From positions 64,001 to 114,107 of IMG/VR virus record IMGVR_UViG_2596583652_000001: a DNA stretch of 50,107 nucleotides. One strand, 5' to 3'. Below are positions 18,901 to 26,954 of the stretch, in pieces. The notes below the pieces were generated by a model. That model saw only the letters and a list, made by a program, of their open reading frames with translations. It ran no database searches and was not told where the DNA came from. Origin of the DNA: a virus (lineage: Duplodnaviria > Heunggongvirae > Uroviricota > Caudoviricetes). Position numbers and translations under genes: made by a program. Position 1 is the first letter of the stretch; each line of letters opens with the position of its first letter.

Positions 18901-19314
18901 GAGGAAGAGGGCGTCGGCATGATGGGATTCACGCGCTCCTCGGCGCCGATCATCGACGCGCTGGCTGTCGTGGGCCTCGACCGGGCGGACGCCTACTGGA
19001 CCTCGGTCATCAAGCGACCCAAGCGCGGCAAGCAGATCAGCCAGGAGGAGGCGAGCGCCTATTCCCCCTATCTCCAGCGCGAGATCGAGATCCTCAAGCC
19101 GCCCGTCATCGTGCTCTGCGGCTCCCAGGCTGTCCGGCTGTTCCTGCCCGACTTCAAGGGCAAGGCGTCCGACGCGGCCGGCAAGGTGGTCTACTCCAAG
19201 GAGTTCGAGGCCAATCTCGTCATCGGGTTCTCACCCGGGGAGATCTATTACGACGAGGACAAGCAGTCGAACATGAACGACGTGTTCGCCGCGGTCGCGG
19301 ATCTTCTTTCTTAA
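15952..19314 (+). CDS. dnaE: DNA polymerase III alpha-like (family C) with C-terminal uracil-DNA-glycosylase-like domain
   Basis: GPGRGSVGGS, FERFINPDR, PDADLDF, QHAAG, KMDILGL, GIFQFE, ALYRPGP, YQEQVM, GYGFNKSH; ATG 15952 after AGGAG. Confidence 0.95.
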   Translation: MHSILAARTDFSVGESILGTERLVELAVEAGQKAVAMTDTMSVTGMVDFTKRTKAAGLKPIIGTRLRLMDDPAWRPGTGEKKKDMPPSYFLTVYARTEAGMKGIFRLLTLANSEDRFYYEPKLGFDDLRKELRDRLTPDDLAIVLGDAHSVLTHPDAGVIIEDLKAVCADVYAPLIPVDTPYFGRLNQLALEAFGTHQIEPIVIRPAFYGQGEADAQEIMSAITANNKVTDPWHRSTFNRDFHVVGEAALGAEAMKAAKHLLRRGVPAVGPAISRGLRNTDRLVASISYEWTKAEPSLPKMAADEFAVVVEECKKGFKERFAAPVFGHQPSAKELTEIYHPRLVYELETLKRLNFSGYFLLVQDVVQFAKRSGILVGPGRGSVGGSLVAYLMGITECDPLRFGLLFERFINPDRIDLPDADLDFMSERRHEVVEYLVAKYGRDRVAGVSNFGTLAAASAIRDVSRVTGIPEKDYSVSKFVPKLHGANVPLPKCREQVGEIDSFANQYAPLWPIMERLEGTIRNFSQHAAGIVVGGVDLVERAVVERRKEESVVCWDKRIVEDQGLIKMDILGLRTLDLVSQALAYIKERTGKTVDLHRIPLDHPDVLANFAKGNTTGIFQFESGGMRRLLKELGSDGCITFDDITAATALYRPGPMESGMMDSFYKRKQGLEHIDYDHSLMEPVLRETFGVIVYQEQVMKISQVIAGYSGADADKLRKIMGKKLPEEMRKERQKFVDGCVATIGCAEDWAGRLFDKIEGFAGYGFNKSHSVEYTLISYQSMWLKTFHSVEFYAAGLTLMDEDKLPALLRDAAQGGVKVTTPDINISTNRFEIITDTSLAMPFQRIKGLSEKTTNAILEARAAGPFVSKEDFLARVEKRRCNVSHQAKLDQVGAFARIEPSQPAADDPSRIRDQIELLPGLITANVPVQRDMHTDKVTKAAIGELVDEYRAQFGPGAEVVDGMPVKPSFGRTARFMLVMDAPNGEEEGVGMMGFTRSSAPIIDALAVVGLDRADAYWTSVIKRPKRGKQISQEEASAYSPYLQREIEILKPPVIVLCGSQAVRLFLPDFKGKASDAAGKVVYSKEFEANLVIGFSPGEIYYDEDKQSNMNDVFAAVADLLS

Positions 19315-19317
19315 GCT

Positions 19318-19340
19318 ACCCAGCGCACGCGACGCTATAA
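19318..19340 (+). promoter_or_regulatory. Phage-type promoter without operator
   Basis: ACCCA-N12-CTATAA. Confidence 0.6.
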
Positions 19341-19366
19341 TTCAAGCGAGCAACAGGAATTCACGC

Positions 19367-19918
19367 ATGAGCGAAACCCCGACAACCGGCGACGCGGCCG
19401 CACAGCCGACCGTCTACCAGGTCCGTGACTACATCGACGCCGCGCAGATGAAGCGCGATCTGGCGTTCAGCACCAATGACCTCACCACGGCGATGATGGA
19501 GCAGTCCGCGCTGTTCTCCCATTACGGCGTTCTCGCCGCCCAGGCATCGCACCAGGTGGATGTGGTGAAGATGCTGCTCGAGAACACCGAGGCGGCGGTC
19601 TACAAGGCCGAGCGCGACCGGCTGGCCAGCTCCGGCGAGAAGTTCACCGAGACGCTTCTGGAGAAGATTGTCTCGCGCCACTCGCGCGTCATCTCCATGA
19701 AGAAAGCCCTCAACGAGGCCAAGCGCATCGAGTCCATCGGCAAGATCGCGGTCGAGGGCTTCCGGCACCGGCGTGACATGCTGGTGCAGCAGGGCCTGAT
19801 CTCCCGCGAGGAGATGAAGGGCGAGCTCAAGATCGCCGAGCGCAACGTGCGCGAGGATGTCCAGGCCCAGCAGCGCGAGGCGGTGCTGCAGCAGATGGCC
19901 CAGAGAAACGCAGCCTGA
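19367..19918 (+). CDS. Helical protein, possibly a UvsY-like recombination mediator
   Basis: KFTETLLEKIV...LNEAK...EGFRHRRDML pattern; between the polymerase and SSB. Confidence 0.5.
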   Translation: MSETPTTGDAAAQPTVYQVRDYIDAAQMKRDLAFSTNDLTTAMMEQSALFSHYGVLAAQASHQVDVVKMLLENTEAAVYKAERDRLASSGEKFTETLLEKIVSRHSRVISMKKALNEAKRIESIGKIAVEGFRHRRDMLVQQGLISREEMKGELKIAERNVREDVQAQQREAVLQQMAQRNAA

Positions 19919-19922
19919 CGAA

Positions 19923-19965
19923 ATCTCTGTTTCGCTGCGCTATAATGTAAGTGACTGCATACATA
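19923..19965 (+). promoter_or_regulatory. Promoter plus operator
   Basis: ATCTC-N12-CTATAATG then TAAGTGACTGCATACATA (19948-19965). Confidence 0.65.
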
Positions 19966-19987
19966 TTTCACCCCGAAAGGCTCTGAC

Positions 19988-20212
19988 ATGCCCAACCCCT
20001 TCAAGCGCCCGGCCAACGTCGACACCATTCTCGCGCCGATGGCCAAGATCGTCGCCAAGCTGAACGCCTTCGCCGAGAAGAGCCGCGCCACGGCGGATGA
20101 GAAGGCCGTCGAGGCCAATCGTCTGCGCGACGAGGCCGACGCCTGCCGCTTCGAGGCGGCCCGCGCGGAGCGCCTCAGCAAGAAATACGGCTCGCTGGTC
20201 ACCGGCGACTGA
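19988..20212 (+). CDS. Small coiled-coil hypothetical protein
   Basis: 74 aa, RBS GAAAGG, own promoter/operator. Confidence 0.6.
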   Translation: MPNPFKRPANVDTILAPMAKIVAKLNAFAEKSRATADEKAVEANRLRDEADACRFEAARAERLSKKYGSLVTGD

Positions 20213-20226
20213 GCGCAAATCGCGCA

Positions 20227-20249
20227 ATCCCGCGCAAATCGTGCTATAC
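20227..20249 (+). promoter_or_regulatory. Phage-type promoter of the SSB gene
   Basis: ATCCC-N12-CTATAC, embedded in three GCGCAA(A)TC repeats (20213-20240). Confidence 0.55.
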
Positions 20250-20287
20250 ATAAATAGCTAACTACAGTTTTCTGTATCAGCGGCACG

Positions 20288-20315
20288 AAGCATCAAGCAC
20301 CAAGCACCAAGCACC
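20288..20315 (+). repeat. Tandem heptamer repeat in the SSB 5' leader
   Basis: AAGCATC-AAGCACC-AAGCACC-AAGCACC. Confidence 0.85.
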
Positions 20316-20330
20316 AGGAAAGACAGCCAC

Positions 20331-21404
20331 ATGGGTCTCAATCCCCAGCTTCTCCAGATGGTCTCCCAGGCCAAGTCCAAGTATGCCGGCAACTCCGGCA
20401 AGGCCATCAAGCCCAAGGAAGGCCGCAATACCTACCGCATCGTCGCGCCCACGCATCAGCAGGCGCCGTGGGTCGATCCCGTGACCGGCAAGTGGTGGGC
20501 CGATCTCGGCGTCCACTGGATCAAGAGTGATCCGAACGGCAAGCCGATCGCCGTCGTCGGTGACTGCGACACCGTCTACCAGCAGCCCTCCCCGCTCAAC
20601 ACCGCGATCGAGATGGCGATCCACAGCGCCGTCGACGAGGATTCCAAGAAGCTCTACGAGGAGTGGAAGGCCCGCAAGTCGATCCTGCTCAACGTGGTCG
20701 ATCGCTCGACCCCGGGTGATGACCCCGACGTGCTCGAGCTGACCACGACCACCTTCTCCAAGGTGCTCGAGCTCTACACGATGTATGCCGAAGCCGGCCA
20801 GGACATCACCGATCCGGCGAGCGGCCAGGACATCGTCATCACCCGCACCGGCAAGGGCCTCAACACCAACTACGACGTCGCCATCGCGCCGCTCGCGCCG
20901 GGCGCCTCGCACAAGCCGGTTCCGCTCGCGAGCCTGCAGAAGGCGACCGACCTGATGGACTTCATCCAGAAGAACTACTTCCGCGGTGAAGAGCAGAAGG
21001 CCCTGAACGCGATCGCCCAGATCGCCGGCGTGGCCCTGCCGCGTCTTGGTGCGGCTCCGGCCGGCGCTCTCGCCGCCCGCACGCCGACGGCCGCGCTGAC
21101 CTCTGCGTCGGCCTCCGTCGCCGAGGCCGATCCGGTGACGACCGTGGCGCCGGCGGTGACCGCGCCTGTTACCCCGGCGGCCGCTGCGGCGCCCGTCGTG
21201 GACCAGGCGGCCATCGACCTTGCTGCGCGCCGCGCCGCGATCCTCAAGCGTCAGCAGGAAGAGCTGGCCGAGATCGAGGCGGCGGAAGCGGCGGCTGCCT
21301 CCAAGGCCGCTGCGCCGGCCCCTGCGGCTGCTCCCGCGGCCACTGTGCTGCCGGAAGCGGAGGTCGACAGCATCCTGAGCGAGCTCGACAACCTCGTCGG
21401 CTGA
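20331..21404 (+). CDS. Single-stranded DNA-binding protein (T4 gp32-like)
   Basis: KPKEGRNTYRIV, aromatic WWADLGVHW, DITDPASGQDIVITRTGKGLNTNYDV, Ala/Pro linker and acidic tail EVDSILSELDNL. Confidence 0.7.
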   Translation: MGLNPQLLQMVSQAKSKYAGNSGKAIKPKEGRNTYRIVAPTHQQAPWVDPVTGKWWADLGVHWIKSDPNGKPIAVVGDCDTVYQQPSPLNTAIEMAIHSAVDEDSKKLYEEWKARKSILLNVVDRSTPGDDPDVLELTTTTFSKVLELYTMYAEAGQDITDPASGQDIVITRTGKGLNTNYDVAIAPLAPGASHKPVPLASLQKATDLMDFIQKNYFRGEEQKALNAIAQIAGVALPRLGAAPAGALAARTPTAALTSASASVAEADPVTTVAPAVTAPVTPAAAAAPVVDQAAIDLAARRAAILKRQQEELAEIEAAEAAAASKAAAPAPAAAPAATVLPEAEVDSILSELDNLVG

Positions 21405-21470
21405 TTGCTGCGCGAGGGTTAGCTCCGGGCCTTCGCGTAGCGTGATCCCGGCGTCGCGGCCGGATCACAC

Positions 21471-21510
21471 AGAGGGCGGTGCAGTCCCCGGCACCGCCCT
21501 TCTTCCTTCA
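21471..21510 (+). terminator. Terminator-like hairpin after SSB
   Basis: GGGCGGTGC-agtccccg-GCACCGCCC followed by TTCTTCCTT. Confidence 0.55.
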
Positions 21511-21524
21511 GAAAGGGAATTTCG

Positions 21525-22484
21525 ATGGCCCCGAAAGGCTACCTCATCATCGATGGCAACAGCCTCGGCCACTACTACAACAACGGCGCCAAGCTCACGA
21601 TCGGCAACGCCCAGGTGCAGGCCATCTTTGGCTTCCTGAAATGCGTCCGCTCGATGTGCGCGACCTACGCCAATCTGCAGCCCGTCGTCGTCTGGGACGG
21701 CGCGTCATGGCGCAAGATGCTGCTGCGCTCCTACAAGGAGATCCGCGATCGCGCCGTCACGCCCAATGAGCTCAAGCTGGCCGCGGCCAAGGCGGAATAC
21801 AAGAAGCAGGTGCCGGCCATCCAGAAGGCGCTCCGCTTGATGGGCGTTCCCCAGGTCAGCGCGCTCAACATGGAAGCCGATGACCTCGGCGCGATCATGG
21901 CCGACCGCTACGCGGCGCAGGGCGCTCTGGTGGTCCTCGTCACCGGCGACAAGGACTGGCTGCAGCTGGTCGGCCCCAAGGTGATCTGGAAGGACCCGAT
22001 CAACGACCGGATGGTCACGGCCAAGAACTTCGAGGACTTCACCGGCGTGAAGACCACGCGCCAGTTCGTGGAGATGAAGGCGCTCGCCGGTGACCAGGGC
22101 GACAGCGTGCCTGGCGTCGGCGGTATCGGCGAGAAGGGTGCGATCGACTTCCTCAACACCTATGGCAGCGTCGCCGATTTCACCAGCCAGTGCCTGCTCG
22201 AGAAGACCATCGACATCAAGAAGCTGCCCAAGAAATACCGGGCGCTGGTCGAGGACGAGAACAAGGCCATCGCCTTCGCCGGCAACATCAATCTCGTGGA
22301 TCTGCGCTCTCCCGCGCGTCCCGCGCCCGTCAATCTGCACATCGACAAGGGAACGCCCGACGCGGCCAAGCTGCGCCTGCTGTGTGAGACGCTGCTGTTC
22401 CAGTCGATCACCAAGAACTTCGACGAATGGATCTCGGTGTTCCCGCGCCTGCGGGGCACTGAAGCGGCTCCGGCAGCCGCCTGA
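21525..22484 (+). CDS. 5'-3' exonuclease / flap endonuclease (PolA N-terminal-like)
   Basis: LIIDGNS, VVWDG, EADDLG, TGDKDWLQL, LAGDQGDSVPGVGGIGEKGA. Confidence 0.92.
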   Translation: MAPKGYLIIDGNSLGHYYNNGAKLTIGNAQVQAIFGFLKCVRSMCATYANLQPVVVWDGASWRKMLLRSYKEIRDRAVTPNELKLAAAKAEYKKQVPAIQKALRLMGVPQVSALNMEADDLGAIMADRYAAQGALVVLVTGDKDWLQLVGPKVIWKDPINDRMVTAKNFEDFTGVKTTRQFVEMKALAGDQGDSVPGVGGIGEKGAIDFLNTYGSVADFTSQCLLEKTIDIKKLPKKYRALVEDENKAIAFAGNINLVDLRSPARPAPVNLHIDKGTPDAAKLRLLCETLLFQSITKNFDEWISVFPRLRGTEAAPAAA

Positions 22485-22499
22485 GCATCTTCGCCGATA

Positions 22500-22517
22500 T
22501 GAGTGAGCAATCACTCA
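22500..22517. promoter_or_regulatory. Operator upstream of recA
   Basis: TGAGTGA-GCAA-TCACTCA, perfect 7-bp arms. Confidence 0.7.
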
Positions 22518-22542
22518 CAACCGACCCAGTAAAGGACAGAGA

Positions 22543-23649
22543 ATGAGCAGTCCCGAAGAACTCGCCAAGGCCCTTGCCGGTATCATCGGTGAGAACGATG
22601 AAGAGGCGACCGTCAAGCAGTTCCTTGATACCGGCTTCCCGCCGCTGAACAACGCCTCTGTCGCCCGTTGGGATGGCGGCTTCCCCGTTGGTCGTCTGAT
22701 CGAGATTGCCGGCCCGCCCTCCTCCGGCAAGACCGCTATCGCGACGGCGGCCATGGGAGCGGCCCAGGCTGCCGGCGGTGTCGCAGGCTTTATGGATCAC
22801 GAGCGTTCGTTCTCGATGGCGCTCGCGCCCAGGCTCGGCCTCAACATCAAGCCCGGTCACTTCATCTACAAGAAACCCGAAACGTTCGAACAGTCCGTCG
22901 GCATTTTCCACCTCGCCGTGAGGACCATCCGCGACAAGAAGCTGATCAAGCCGGACGCGCCGATCTGCTGGGTTTTCGATAGCCTCGCGGCGATGGTTCC
23001 GCAGTCGGTCCTCTACGATGACAAGGGCAATCTGCGTCCGCCCGAGAAGCGGAACATGAACGACAACACGGCGCTGGCTCGGGCGACCTCGGCGCACTTC
23101 CCGGCGATCGCCCAGATCGCCGAGCAGTATGGCGTGTGCGTCATCTTCCTGAACCAGATGCGCAAAAAGATCGGCGTCATGTTCGGGGACCCGCGCAAGA
23201 CCACTGGCGGCGACTCTCCCGAGTTCTATTTCTCGCAGCGCCTCTGGCTCTCAGCCGCTCAGATCAAGGCCGGCAAGGAGAGCAAGGAGGTCGTGGGTAT
23301 GGAAGTGACCGGGGCCTTCGTGAAGAACAAGGTCGCCCGGCCTTTTGCGAAGGCCAAGTGGCGGTTCATGTTCATGCCCGACGGCACCGGCCGCTTCGAC
23401 GCCGAGGCGAGTCTGGTCGAGTTCCTCAATGAGCAGAAGCTGCTGCCGACCGCCAGGCCGGACGGCAAGCCGGTTCGCCAGGGCTATGTGCTCTGGGAGG
23501 GCAAGGAGGTCGCGCGCAGCCAGCTGCCGCGTCTCATCGAGGCGGAAGGCCCGGCCGGCTTCGCCAAGCTCACCAAGCTGCTGCCGGCCGCCTATGAGGC
23601 GCCGGTGATCTCGGAGACGGAGCTCGACGGCGAGCTGGAGGCAGCGTAA
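22543..23649 (+). CDS. recA: RecA/UvsX-like recombinase
   Basis: GRLIEIAGPPSSGKT Walker A, FMDHE, VFDSLAAM, FLNQMRKKIGVMFGDP, TTGG, VKNKVARPF. Confidence 0.93.
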   Translation: MSSPEELAKALAGIIGENDEEATVKQFLDTGFPPLNNASVARWDGGFPVGRLIEIAGPPSSGKTAIATAAMGAAQAAGGVAGFMDHERSFSMALAPRLGLNIKPGHFIYKKPETFEQSVGIFHLAVRTIRDKKLIKPDAPICWVFDSLAAMVPQSVLYDDKGNLRPPEKRNMNDNTALARATSAHFPAIAQIAEQYGVCVIFLNQMRKKIGVMFGDPRKTTGGDSPEFYFSQRLWLSAAQIKAGKESKEVVGMEVTGAFVKNKVARPFAKAKWRFMFMPDGTGRFDAEASLVEFLNEQKLLPTARPDGKPVRQGYVLWEGKEVARSQLPRLIEAEGPAGFAKLTKLLPAAYEAPVISETELDGELEAA

Positions 23650-23996
23650 TGGGCGTGAAGCTCACCGGCGCAGAATACAAGGCGTTCATCGCCTCGGACT
23701 GGGGCCATCCCGACGCCTATTGGGATGACACCTCGTTCAAGGTCGATGGTCAGAAAACCGACGACATCGATGACCAAGCGCTGAATGATGATGCCATTGT
23801 GGAAATCCTCGCGGGGTATTTCTTCGCCGACCAGAAGATGTCGACGCGGGGCGTAAAAGCGACCACCTTCGTCAAGAAGTGGCTCAAGAAACATACGACC
23901 TTCACCGTCACTGTAATCGTGCCGAAGGAGCGCCGGGACGAGCTGATGTCCCTTCTTGAGGGTATGGCGAGCAAGGGTGTATCGGTAGCGCGGTGA
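23649..23996 (+). CDS. Hypothetical protein
   Basis: 115 aa, TAATG-coupled to recA. Confidence 0.6.
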   Translation: MGVKLTGAEYKAFIASDWGHPDAYWDDTSFKVDGQKTDDIDDQALNDDAIVEILAGYFFADQKMSTRGVKATTFVKKWLKKHTTFTVTVIVPKERRDELMSLLEGMASKGVSVAR

Positions 23997-24499
23997 GGAA
24001 AGCTCCCGGCTTCACGGCCGGGAGCACAACGATAAGGAACGGCACTTTGAAAGACTTTTCGGCTCAGTTCGACGCGGGCACATACTTCGGCCACAGCACT
24101 TTATTCGCCGGCACGGCGAACACGGAGTCGTTGGTGGTCCACGTTGCCGCGCCCACGGAGAAGGCTGCTCTTGATGCGGTTCATGGCGTTTACGGACATT
24201 TGGTGAGCACCAGAGAACTGTCCAGCAAGCTCACACCGCCTGTTATCGTTCAAGTTCACCCGTCCGGGCCGGATGAGATTTCGGTAGTCGCGGCAAGATT
24301 GCATTATATCCTGGGCTCCATCCGAATTCTGGCGATCTTGCGGGAGGAGATTAATGGGGCCACGACTGGCGTGTCTGTGGTGGCGGAAGACGGCGAGCGC
24401 CGGCGGGTGATTATGATGACTTCGTCATCACAATTCGCCGATGCCAACAAATACATCAGCCCCTGGGCCGTATATCAGGAAGTGCTCAAGCACTTCTGA
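23993..24499 (+). CDS. AT-richer hypothetical protein (true start may be TTG near 24047)
   Basis: Open 168-codon frame with atypical codon usage; AAGGAAC RBS before TTG AAA GAC. Confidence 0.4.
   Translation: MRKAPGFTAGSTTIRNGTLKDFSAQFDAGTYFGHSTLFAGTANTESLVVHVAAPTEKAALDAVHGVYGHLVSTRELSSKLTPPVIVQVHPSGPDEISVVAARLHYILGSIRILAILREEINGATTGVSVVAEDGERRRVIMMTSSSQFADANKYISPWAVYQEVLKHF
24002..24026. terminator. GC-rich hairpin after the recA operon
   Basis: GCTCCCGGC-ttcacg-GCCGGGAGC; U-tract only on the minus strand side. Confidence 0.4.
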
Positions 24500-24509
24500 T
24501 CCCACGCAC

Positions 24510-24532
24510 TCCCCTACCCCGTTCTGCTATAA
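24510..24532 (+). promoter_or_regulatory. Phage-type promoter
   Basis: TCCCC-N12-CTATAA. Confidence 0.55.
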
Positions 24533-24562
24533 ATGAATTTGACGACGCAGAACGGGGTATTC

Positions 24563-25030
24563 ATGAAAGTCATCTCCATCTGGCAGCCCTTCGCCGAGCT
24601 GCTGGTCCGCAGATACAAGGTCTTTGAGACGCGCTCGTGGGCCCCTCCCCGCTCCTGCATCGGCCTGCGGATGGGCATCGCCTCGACCAAGACGCTCCGG
24701 CCCGAGCAGCGGGCTCATTTCAACGATCCCGAGTTTCAGGCCCATTACAGCAAGCTGGGCCTGCCTGAGCGGCTCGAAGATCTCTCCCACGGCTATCTGC
24801 TGGGCACCGCCGTGCTCGACTCCTACGAGCTCATCACCGCCGAGTTCCTCGAGGATGTGTCCGACGAGGAGCAGCAATATGGCTGGTTCAACCTCGGCGG
24901 CTATGCCTGGCGGATGGTCGATCCCATCAGGCTCGAGCACCCGGTGCCCATCCGTGGTGCGCAGGGCATCTACGAGTGGAAAGGACAGTTGCCCGGCCAT
25001 GAACATGAAGAACGTCCAGCGCCGGTATAA
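24563..25030 (+). CDS. ASCH-domain protein
   Basis: MKVISIWQPFAELLVRRYKVFETRSW signature, RGAQGIYEW. Confidence 0.8.
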   Translation: MKVISIWQPFAELLVRRYKVFETRSWAPPRSCIGLRMGIASTKTLRPEQRAHFNDPEFQAHYSKLGLPERLEDLSHGYLLGTAVLDSYELITAEFLEDVSDEEQQYGWFNLGGYAWRMVDPIRLEHPVPIRGAQGIYEWKGQLPGHEHEERPAPV

Positions 25031-25394
25031 GCGCGGCCGCATCGTGATCGGCATGGTCTACAAGCTCAAGGACGGGCGGGAGGTCTATCTCGCCCGGCGC
25101 AGTCAGAAGCACCTCTTCCGCAATGGCGAAAAGACCTTCTCGGATGCGCTCGCCATGGGCAAGGCGGCCTGGGCGATCGATGATGACACCCTGCTCCGGC
25201 TGCGCAGCGAGGGTGTCGATTGGGTCGGCATCTATGTGACCGACTCCCGCGAGTTCTATCTCACCACCATGGCGCATTATCAGGACACGCGGATCGCCAA
25301 GGTGCTGAACTACGAGGCCCGCGGCGGCTCGCTGCAGCGCTATCTGCCCACCGAGCATTTCGGGTATTTCGCGCGCCCGACGCGCATTCGCTGA
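24999..25394 (+). CDS. Conserved phage hypothetical protein
   Basis: MNMKNVQRRY..., AWAIDDDTL, QRYLP; overlaps the ASCH gene end. Confidence 0.6.
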   Translation: MNMKNVQRRYKRGRIVIGMVYKLKDGREVYLARRSQKHLFRNGEKTFSDALAMGKAAWAIDDDTLLRLRSEGVDWVGIYVTDSREFYLTTMAHYQDTRIAKVLNYEARGGSLQRYLPTEHFGYFARPTRIR

Positions 25395-25405
25395 ACCCGC
25401 GCTCA

Positions 25406-25448
25406 ATCCAAATGCGCACGCGCTATAACGTAAGTGAGTGCATACATA
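25406..25448 (+). promoter_or_regulatory. Promoter plus operator of the sbcDC operon
   Basis: ATCCA-N12-CTATAACG then TAAGTGAGTGCATACATA (25431-25448). Confidence 0.72.
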
Positions 25449-25458
25449 GAGAGACAAC

Positions 25459-25806
25459 ATGTCTGATGAAGAAGCTCATGCCGCTTTTATGGCTCGCTGG
25501 CGAGAAGATGAACTAGCCATCAAAGCCTTTATGCGGGCAGGAATGTCCGCGTGCGAGGCGCGTCGTGCTTATCGAGGCGTTCAGGACAAGTTCAACCGAT
25601 TTTCTGCCATCACCGAAATCAGCGACGTTGTATTTATAGAATACGACAACTGCAGTTGGGCGTTTCGTTTACTAGGCCCCCGCCCGGCTGACCGCGATGA
25701 CATACCAGTTTTCCTTTTGGAAAGCTCGGTTGCTTACTTCACTGGCGAGCGACGCCCGTTGCCTACCGGGAGAGAGTTTCGCTTCACCGATCTAAGGATT
25801 GAATGA
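25459..25806 (+). CDS. AT-richer hypothetical protein
   Basis: 115 aa, first gene after the operator, ATGA-coupled to sbcD. Confidence 0.5.
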   Translation: MSDEEAHAAFMARWREDELAIKAFMRAGMSACEARRAYRGVQDKFNRFSAITEISDVVFIEYDNCSWAFRLLGPRPADRDDIPVFLLESSVAYFTGERRPLPTGREFRFTDLRIE

Positions 25807-26900
25807 TGATCTACGGCGTCGTCTCCGACATTCACTGCCATGCCTGGTCCCTGTTCTCGCGCATCAACCCCGATGGCGTGAACTCGCGCCTGCGCATCAC
25901 GCTCAATGAGCTGGAACGCGCCGCAACTGTCGTGCTTGCCAATGGCGGCCGCACGCTGGTGATCCCCGGCGACATTCTGCACACGCGCGGCACCATCGAT
26001 CCCGAGGTGCTCAACCCGCTGCGCAAGACGATCGAGGGTATCCTCGACGACGGCGTGAGCATCTATGCCATCCCCGGCAATCACGACCTCAAGTCGGAGG
26101 ATTCCCAGGAGCTCTCGAGCGCCATCCAGAACCTGGCGCAGATCTCCATCGAGGGCGCGCAGTTCAAGATCTTCAACCGGGTCGATGTCATTGCGGTCGA
26201 AGGGCAACGCCTGGGCTTCGTGCCGTGGCGCAACCGGCGCGAGGATCTGCTGAAGGATCTCGAGACGCTCGCCAAGCAGTGCCAGAAGCCGGCCGAGACC
26301 GACGTGTTCATTCACGCCGGCATCGAGGGCGTGCTGCCGAACATGCCGGCCTCCGGCCTGACCGACAAGATCCTCGGCGACTTCGGCTTCCGGCATGTCT
26401 TCGCCGGCCACTACCACAATCACAAGGTCATGCAGCACGGCGTGATCTCGGTCGGCGCCACGACGCACCATAACTGGGGCGACGTTGGCAGTCGGGCCGG
26501 CTTCCTGCTGGTCGGTGGCAGCGCCGGCGCCGTGACGTTCCAGGACACCCACGCGCCCAAGTTCGTCGACGTGTCGGGCATGTCCGAGGAGGACATCCAG
26601 CTTGGATGCGACGGCAACTATGTCCGCTTCCGCGGGCCGCAGATGACCCAGCAGCAGATCACGGAGTTGCGCGAGCAGTTCAAGGACTGGGGTGCGCTGG
26701 GCACGTCGATCGAGGTCCCCCGGGCGATCGCAACGGCGCGCGCCGGGGCCCCACGCACGGCCGGCGTCTCGCTGGCGACCTCCGTCCAGCTCTTTGTCGA
26801 CGCCAGCGCCTCGATCCCGGCGCATGTCGACCGGGCCCGGGTGAAGGAGCGCGCGGCTGAGGTGCTCGCGGCCAGCCAGGCTGTCTACGAAGACGCCTGA
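25803..26900 (+). CDS. sbcD: SbcD/Mre11-like metallophosphoesterase nuclease
   Basis: SDIH, GDILH, PGNHD, FIHAG, AGHYHNH motifs. Confidence 0.88.
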   Translation: MMIYGVVSDIHCHAWSLFSRINPDGVNSRLRITLNELERAATVVLANGGRTLVIPGDILHTRGTIDPEVLNPLRKTIEGILDDGVSIYAIPGNHDLKSEDSQELSSAIQNLAQISIEGAQFKIFNRVDVIAVEGQRLGFVPWRNRREDLLKDLETLAKQCQKPAETDVFIHAGIEGVLPNMPASGLTDKILGDFGFRHVFAGHYHNHKVMQHGVISVGATTHHNWGDVGSRAGFLLVGGSAGAVTFQDTHAPKFVDVSGMSEEDIQLGCDGNYVRFRGPQMTQQQITELREQFKDWGALGTSIEVPRAIATARAGAPRTAGVSLATSVQLFVDASASIPAHVDRARVKERAAEVLAASQAVYEDA

Positions 26901-26954
26901 CGATATCCACGTATGTCTTTGATGATATAAGACAAATCGAAATCAGAGGCCGCG

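Noticed and set aside
26905-26930. ATCCA...GATATAA as a phage promoter copy
   Set aside because: Spacing to TATAA is several bases longer than in the other copies; may be a promoter but does not fit the class
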